A DNA stretch of 64,000 nucleotides, taken from a virus. Its lineage: Duplodnaviria > Caudoviricetes. Each line of letters starts with the position of its first letter. Positions within the stretch are counted from its first letter, which is position 1. The position numbers and the translations under genes were made by a program. The stretch covers positions 36,428 through 100,427 of the IMG/VR virus record IMGVR_UViG_3300021426_000077, one strand, 5' to 3'. Below the pieces are notes generated by a model. That model was not told where the DNA came from. It made no database searches and was given only the letters and a program-made list of their open reading frames with translations. Below are positions 57,820 to 64,000 of this stretch, in pieces.

Positions 57820-57911
57820 CACGCCCTGAAGGATTCGAACCCTCACCCGAGGTTTTGGAGGCCTCTACCCAGGTTTTGAAGACCTGTGTGCTACCATTAC
57901 ACTAAGGACGT
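57820..57911 (-). tRNA. tRNA-Trp with UCA (opal-reading) anticodon arm plus a second CCA anticodon arm
   Basis: ACGTCCT TA GTGT AATGGTA GCAC A CAGGT-CTTCAAA-ACCTG GGTA GAGGC-CTCCAAA-ACCTC GGGT GAGGG-TTCGAAT-CCTTC AGGGCGT G. Confidence 0.85.
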
Positions 57912-57914
57912 ATA

Positions 57915-57990
57915 TGGTCGCGAGATGCTGGTGTTGCTCCAGCTTTCTCCGGCTTATGAGACCGGATCAGATACTGACCTGCCATCCGCA
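57915..57990 (-). tRNA. tRNA-Met(CAT), atypical
   Basis: CCGGT-CTCATAA-GCCGG; T-loop AGCAACA; CCA end. Confidence 0.7.
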
Positions 57991-57993
57991 ATA

Positions 57994-58069
57994 TGGTAGC
58001 GTGTACCAGATTTGAACTGGTGATCACTGGCTTGAAAGGCCAGGGTCCTTACCGCTAGACGAACACGCC
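57994..58069 (-). tRNA. tRNA-Glu(TTC)
   Basis: CTGGC-CTTTCAA-GCCAG; CCA end. Confidence 0.92.
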
Positions 58070-58077
58070 ATATAATT

Positions 58078-58482
58078 TAATGTGGAAATTTTGTGTATTC
58101 TAAAATTATGCGACCCCGTAAAAAAATATCGCATATATATATTATAAAATAAGGGAGAGGTACACGAATCTAACATGTAAGAGGAGGAACTCTAGAAAGG
58201 AGAACAACAGATCCGCTTTATTATTCTTTCTTTAAGACTTAGGAAGTAAGAACACACCCATCACACATTATTAAAATCAAAAGGAGCGTGCGGAAATACT
58301 TAATTTAGTTTTTGCTATACCAAGCAATAAAAAGGCGGTATTAATATTTTTCATGAATATTTGAAGTAACTAAATTACAATCACGCACTTTAAATTTTAG
58401 AGGAAATTTTAGAAAACGTAGATTTTGCATTATCACCAACATAATATTATGATTTTGAAGTAACGTTTTCTCTATCACTCTA
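58078..58482 (-). ncRNA. three tandem TGAT/TACTTC-motif RNAs (58398-58482, 58288-58388, 58078-58270)
   Basis: Same covarying terminal stems as 56543-56672; preceded by a TTGACA/TATAAT promoter at 58487-58516. Confidence 0.7.
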
Positions 58483-58521
58483 TTTATATTATAACAAAAT
58501 ATTTCTATTTTGTCAAATATT

Positions 58522-58607
58522 TGGTACGGGTAGTGGGACTCGGACCCACAAGAGCTGTGCTCGGCAGATTTTAAGTCTGCTGCGTTTGCCAATTTCGCCA
58601 TACCCGC
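58522..58607 (-). tRNA. tRNA-Leu(TAA)
   Basis: GCAGA-CTTAAAA-TCTGC; long variable arm; CCA end. Confidence 0.92.
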
Positions 58608-58609
58608 AT

Positions 58610-58683
58610 TGGTTGCCGTGGATGGTTACGCTCCATCTTCTCCCGATTATAAGTCAGGTGCCCTGCTATTGTGCTACACGGCA
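58610..58683 (-). tRNA. tRNA-Ile(TAT), atypical T-loop
   Basis: CCTGA-CTTATAA-TCGGG; CCA end. Confidence 0.78.
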
Positions 58684-58689
58684 TTAAAA

Positions 58690-59791
58690 AACTGCGGCGG
58701 AGCGAGTCACCGCAGTAGAATTCTGTGTTTTCGGGTACACAGCAACCGCCCTTCCTCGGGGATAAGGTAGTGCTCTAAGTCACAATCATGGGCATCACAC
58801 CCTTCTTGTCAAGTGGTTTAATTTAATAAAATTAAAGCTTTAGACAATCAATTGCTACCAACTCCTTTTCAAAGAATTAAGCACCTATACCTATGACCTT
58901 AGAGAATTAGTTTAAATCCAGGTTCACCACGTGGAGGTTTCTCTATGAACCCATACGCTTTCTTTTGGTATCCTCATGCGGGATCACCTAGGGCAAGAAA
59001 GCTTAACTAGCCCTGACCTTGGGGATTTCCGGACTCCCGCAAGGAACCTTTATTCAGGTTTATTTTCCATCGCCCTGTTACGATGCGGTCATTTTTTTTT
59101 AAAGACGAGAAAGCCCCGTGTAAGAAAACTCGTCTATACGTTGCATCACCAATATCCTTTCTGGCACCATACCCGCTCTCGGGTAGGGGCGGACTCGAAC
59201 CACCAATGTATAGCAACGAGACACTACTGAGATCACGGATAAGGCGTAGCGTCCACACTCCTTAGCGACTCCATTTTTTTATTTTTAGTCCTTTGTCGCG
59301 CTCGGACTGACTTTGGTTTTACTTCCCACGTCAAAAGAAGGAGCTTTGGTCAGAAGCTCATAAAAACGACCTGCTAGCTAACATCATGCACCTGTTTTAG
59401 CTTAAAGGTTCTGCGCGGTAAGCATGATTTCCGCAGACGCCATCTGATTCCCTCAGTGAGTATAGATAAAATGCCCCACCAGCAATGTCGTCTTTCTTTT
59501 TTAGCTTAAAGTCTGAGGAAACAGGTTAATACTCAGACTTAGAAGTGATTTTAAAGACCTACGCTTCTCACGGTCTCAAAGGTGATATTATAGACCTACG
59601 CCTTCAACGGTCTTAATTGGCTTAGCAACTTTCTGTGCTGGTCCAGTCGTATCGTTCTATCCAGCCGCCGTTTCCGAAGGTAGCTACTCCTTCATCTGGA
59701 ACTGCTTATATGGGGACACGGATTTGTACCCCATACCTATATCGTAGGTGTTGCGTCTCTCAGAGAATTTCCGCGGTTACTCTGAGTCCCC
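58690..59791 (-). ncRNA. candidate large or multiple structured ncRNA(s)
   Basis: No credible ORF; elevated GC; many hairpins including a GTTCGAGT T-arm; strong promoter at 59828-59857. Confidence 0.55.
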
Positions 59792-60419
59792 TATTGCCAA
59801 TTTATTCTTTTTTCATTTTCTATATATATTATAACATATTTTATTGTCTCTTGTCAAGAACTTTTTTCTAGCTTTGATTATCTGTGTTTAGAAGATAATC
59901 ACCACCTTTCCTTGACTTTCTTTAATTATATTATAACATATTTTTTATTCTATTGTCAATCTTTATTTTTTGGATCAGATTGCCCTTCTTGTGAGACGAA
60001 AAGAAGATACCTGCGGCGCTTGATCCCCGCTCACTTTACTAGAATATTTATCGTCTACTAGTCTAGACTAGATGCCTTTCACATCAGATATTTCCTAAGA
60101 AGTCTCTCAACTTCTTTAATTATATTATAACATAAAATTATAACATATGTCAAATATAATTTTTTGTCTAATTGAAAATATAATATTTATCTAAGGTTTC
60201 TGGCGCTAGCATTGTGCCAATTTTTTCTATAGTATCTTTATTCATTACAAATAGATCATCTGTAAACATAGCAGATAAATCTTTAATCCATCTTTTTTCA
60301 TTAAAAGTACAATTTGGATGTCTTAAATTTTGCTTAAAACAATAATCAAATATATATTGTTGTTTTGCTATATTAAGAAGATTATCTACATCTTGAACAC
60401 TTAAATTACTCATAATAAA

Positions 60420-60866
60420 TTAAGCGATGACATGCTTAAAAAGTGGAGCAAGATCGTCTCCCCATACACTCTTAAAAGAATTAATTTTATCTAGAAGCTC
60501 TGAATAACGCTTATCTGAAAAATTAACCTTATAATCATCATCATTAGTTGCAGAGGTACAATAAACATCTTCTTTCTCGTATTTCTTTAGCCTATTCTCA
60601 AGATCAGTATTGCGAGCAGTTAGATTCTGAACTTGAGTAGTTAGATCATCAATCTTCTTAGTCATAACAGTAAGATCATCTTCTTGATCAGCTTCTGCAA
60701 AAGCCTCTTCAAGTTGATCTGCAATATCTTCTAGAACATCAGATAGATCTTGTCCAGTAGAATAAGCTCCAATATCTTTACCATCACTATCTTTATAAAG
60801 AAGCTCGAGCTCAATCTTTCCATTTTCATCACTTGAAAAAGTTGAATTAATACTTGCACTATACAT
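60420..60866 (-). CDS. coiled-coil hypothetical protein
   Basis: ORF track. Confidence 0.65.
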   Translation of the reverse strand: MYSASINSTFSSDENGKIELELLYKDSDGKDIGAYSTGQDLSDVLEDIADQLEEAFAEADQEDDLTVMTKKIDDLTTQVQNLTARNTDLENRLKKYEKEDVYCTSATNDDDYKVNFSDKRYSELLDKINSFKSVWGDDLAPLFKHVIA

Positions 60867-60872
60867 TTTAAC

Positions 60873-61694
60873 CTACTTTCTTTTCTGAGCCGCAAATTCA
60901 TTCTCTTTCTTATAAAGAATTTGCGCAATTTCTAAAAATTGAACACATTTTTTACATACGGATCCTTCTGCACATTTATACCCGCAATTCATCCTATATG
61001 CAATAAAATAAGGTAATAGATATTGATTTGGAATAAATATTTCTAGTAAAGGATATAGATAATTTAAACTATCTCTCCATTCCTTTTTTTCAAACCAAAT
61101 TCTATAAAGAGTATTTAAACGAGCTTTAGATGTATTTTCTGAAAATTCAAAAATATCAACATATTTAGCTAATTCCTCAATTACCTCTGGAACAAAATAA
61201 GGTGCTTTAGGATCATTATTTGCATTTTCTTTAAAAGAATTAACCCTATCCAAGAGAAGACGTAATTGAACATTATTTGTATGACAAATATTATGGACTT
61301 TCTCTAATTGATAACATAAATCATCTGCAATATATACATCTGATACGCCCATCTCAATTAAAGCTTCTAATTCACGAAAGTTAGTTGCGGCAAAATTAAA
61401 AGGAAAATAAAAACTAATATTTAAATTCTTTAAAATTTGTATATTTTCTAAGTATGGCTTTATCACAATATGAATATTAGGATTAATATCTTTTGCTCGT
61501 TTTAGTTCTTTTAAATCAAAGATATAATCATTTAAATCTTCATCAATTATAATATTAAATCTTTCAGTATTATGTTCTTGAAGAAAAATCAATAAAGAAT
61601 CAAATTTATCTTTTCTTGTATTTTGAAAAAAGATATTATATTCCCATGTATCTTGTTTGCGGGTATCAAATGCTCAAGGTAAAGCAATTTTCAT
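60873..61694 (-). CDS. hypothetical protein (one early in-frame TGA)
   Basis: ATG overlapping the upstream TAA; MKIALPW*AFD...; Cys-rich C-terminus. Confidence 0.6.
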
Positions 61695-63493
61695 TAATTA
61701 GAGCCTCCTTTCAAATATTCTAGTAGAGACATTCTCTCACCAAGATCGTCAATTTTCTGTCGAATTTGCTCAGTTCTTTGATCATGAGCATGATTACCAT
61801 TATATTGGAAAATCATTATGTCTCCAACTCTTGAATAATGATAACTATAAAAATCTGGAGTATAACGCCTTAAATTAAGAAAATTAACTCCACCCATTTT
61901 TTCAGATACTCTTTTAATTATAACTTTAGAACCGTATTCCTTTTTTAACTGCGTTATATAATTTAATACATCTTGATCTGAACTATCCCAACTATTAGGA
62001 TAATTATTCTTAATTTCTTCTGCTCTTTTCCATGACAATCCAGTTGTAAAAACAATGGTCTTAGAATAATCTTTAGGAACAATATCTTCTCGTGAAAGAG
62101 CTCGATTAAATTTTGGAAAATAAATCTGATTTGAACAACATTCATCACTACAGAATTTTCCAAAATTGGTACGGTATTTTATATGATAACTAGTAATACC
62201 ACATTCACAACATTGTCTATCATATCGACAATCACCGCATATTAAATCGGAACCAACATCCGCATAATCATAGATATTTTCTCGGCCTGCAATGGGTTTC
62301 CCGCAACAAATGCATGTAGGAGGTCCAGAAAGACAAAGTTTAATACTTTTAGGAACATAATTTCTATAGCAATAATAATATGGAACATGACTTTCTATAA
62401 TATCATTATACATACAATTAGTATATACAAAGATACAATGATGATTCTTTTTCTTGTCATACTCCAAATTAAAAAAATCTCTCATATAAAAATTTCCATC
62501 TAGATTTTTCATATCTTTGTACTCTTGGATTCCAAATTGATAATCCCAATTTAGATTCTTTTTTACAAGCTCTTTTAGAATATCTAGAATTTTAAAAATT
62601 AGATCTTCATTATGATATGGGTATGCCTTTCCACTTAAAAGAATATTTTTATGAACGTAGAAGAGACTTCTCCAGCTTTTATTTGGAATATTATATACTT
62701 CATTTTCATTAATATTTAGTTTAAATGATTGCGGCCCTTCTAGGTACGCGACAATAGCTAGATTACTATTCATCATTTCTAGAGTGCCACTACGATAACA
62801 TCCATTATGACTCCATGACATACAACTTGACCAATTACAAGTATTATCGCTCATAGACATAAAATCAATAGGATGAATGCTAAGAACTAGTTTAGTTTGA
62901 ATTTCGTTTCCAATACTAAGACAATTTACAGCATTGCGCCATTCGTCAAAAGATGCCATATCTGGATAATGAGTAAGATGAAGCATTCTTTGAATTGTTC
63001 TAATGGTTTTCATGCCATTTTTTATGCTACCTTTAAAACTAGTAAAAGTAAATTCACCTGGCTCAGAAATTGTTTCAATATATCCTAAAGAAACATTTTC
63101 ATAATTAAACAATTTACTTAAGTTATAGAGTTCATACTTTGTATAATTTTGATTTGCCCAATAATTCATTACAGAAGAAATAAAACTATTATTCGTTCTT
63201 AGATTTAATGTTTTTGTATCATTTTTAGCAATATTTAGTGCTCTTTCTCCCCACAAAACATACTCATGATAAATTGTAGAAAGTTGCTTACGCATTACAG
63301 AAATATTCTTAGGAATAGAAATTTGCCTTTCTACTCTTAGTTTATTTCCGAGGGCTTTAAATAGCGTTGTTTTATTCTTATTCCAAACAGAAAGCACCTG
63401 CGGCAGAGGGGCACTACGAGTTGCCCCATAAATCTCTAAATAGTATTGAATTGTTTTAATATCTTCATCTGTTAGAGCATCATATGGACGCAT
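61694..63493 (-). CDS. large hypothetical phage protein with Cys motifs
   Basis: LSIHPIDFMSMSDN..WSSCM...GCYRSGT; CxxC clusters. Confidence 0.7.
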   Translation of the reverse strand: MRPYDALTDEDIKTIQYYLEIYGATRSAPLPQVLSVWNKNKTTLFKALGNKLRVERQISIPKNISVMRKQLSTIYHEYVLWGERALNIAKNDTKTLNLRTNNSFISSVMNYWANQNYTKYELYNLSKLFNYENVSLGYIETISEPGEFTFTSFKGSIKNGMKTIRTIQRMLHLTHYPDMASFDEWRNAVNCLSIGNEIQTKLVLSIHPIDFMSMSDNTCNWSSCMSWSHNGCYRSGTLEMMNSNLAIVAYLEGPQSFKLNINENEVYNIPNKSWRSLFYVHKNILLSGKAYPYHNEDLIFKILDILKELVKKNLNWDYQFGIQEYKDMKNLDGNFYMRDFFNLEYDKKKNHHCIFVYTNCMYNDIIESHVPYYYCYRNYVPKSIKLCLSGPPTCICCGKPIAGRENIYDYADVGSDLICGDCRYDRQCCECGITSYHIKYRTNFGKFCSDECCSNQIYFPKFNRALSREDIVPKDYSKTIVFTTGLSWKRAEEIKNNYPNSWDSSDQDVLNYITQLKKEYGSKVIIKRVSEKMGGVNFLNLRRYTPDFYSYHYSRVGDIMIFQYNGNHAHDQRTEQIRQKIDDLGERMSLLEYLKGGSN

Positions 63494-64000
63494 ATCTCAA
63501 CCCCTTTAATAAACATTTAGTTCATCAATCATATCTTTACAAGACTGCGGCAAATATTCATATTTAATTCCCCAATCATCAAGTGCCATAGTCACCGCAT
63601 CAATTGGGACTTCATCATGTCCATATCGAAAGCTAAGTTCGTCAACAATAGACCTAACTTTAATTTCAATATCAGACATATACCAAGAAGCAAAAGCCGC
63701 GCCAGTTTGAATAGGATTAAAAAACATTTTTCTTCCTTTCTTTCTCTTTATATATATTATATCATATTTTATAGTCTAGTGTCAAATAAAATTATTTTAA
63801 TAAAATAAAAACCCCAAGTTAAAAGCTTGGGGTTTAGACAGAAAGGAAAAAGTATCTTAAATATTAACAATAACTGAAATTGTTAATATAAGAGAACAGA
63901 TCAATACCGCTTTCCAATAGACCAATAAATTTAAAGACTTGATCATTTAGAGCGGTAATATAATGGATATTATCAGTAGACCCTAGAATCTGCGTGTGAT

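Noticed and set aside
57820-57911. Selenocysteine tRNA (UCA anticodon, long extra arm)
   Set aside because: 7-bp acceptor, 4-bp D-stem and Trp-like body; the extra arm is a copy of a Trp anticodon arm; TGA aligns with Trp motifs
59170-59273. Ordinary tRNA gene at the GTTCGAGTCC T-arm
   Set aside because: No upstream acceptor strand, D-arm or anticodon arm; treated as part of a larger ncRNA
55111-59871. Track ORFs 55111-55332, 58341-58601, 58976-59265, 59635-59871
   Set aside because: They overlap tRNAs or structured RNAs; no RBS or protein-like features

Overview
A 64-kb segment of a large tailed phage with a long tail (siphovirus-like). The host is probably Gram-positive, judging by the LexA boxes and GC-rich acquired domains. 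The phage reassigns TGA to Trp (code 4), so the fragmented ORF track collapses into long single-frame genes. Layout: 1-29.2 kb (-) morphogenesis module (tail protein, ~2,936-aa tape measure with an internal Hint/BIL domain, tail tube with a predicted -1 frameshift extension, Dp-1-like holin, two glycosyltransferases, major capsid, protease/scaffold, portal, terminase, HTH/Zn-finger regulator). 29.4-41.2 kb (+) code-neutral early cassette array studded with LexA boxes, DtxR-like palindromes and TGTGAA repeats. 42-44.6 kb iteron-type origin. 45-52 kb accessory genes (phosphatase, RtcB, SPOUT methylase). 52.6-55 kb three constant-N/variable-C genes. 55.1-60.1 kb RNA island. The most striking candidate system is in the RNA island: a tRNA-Trp with two tandem anticodon arms (UCA and CCA) next to a TGA-dependent GIY-YIG endonuclease, plus a tag-less mini-tmRNA and four Y-RNA-like modular ncRNAs. 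All calls are by eye; no database search was run.
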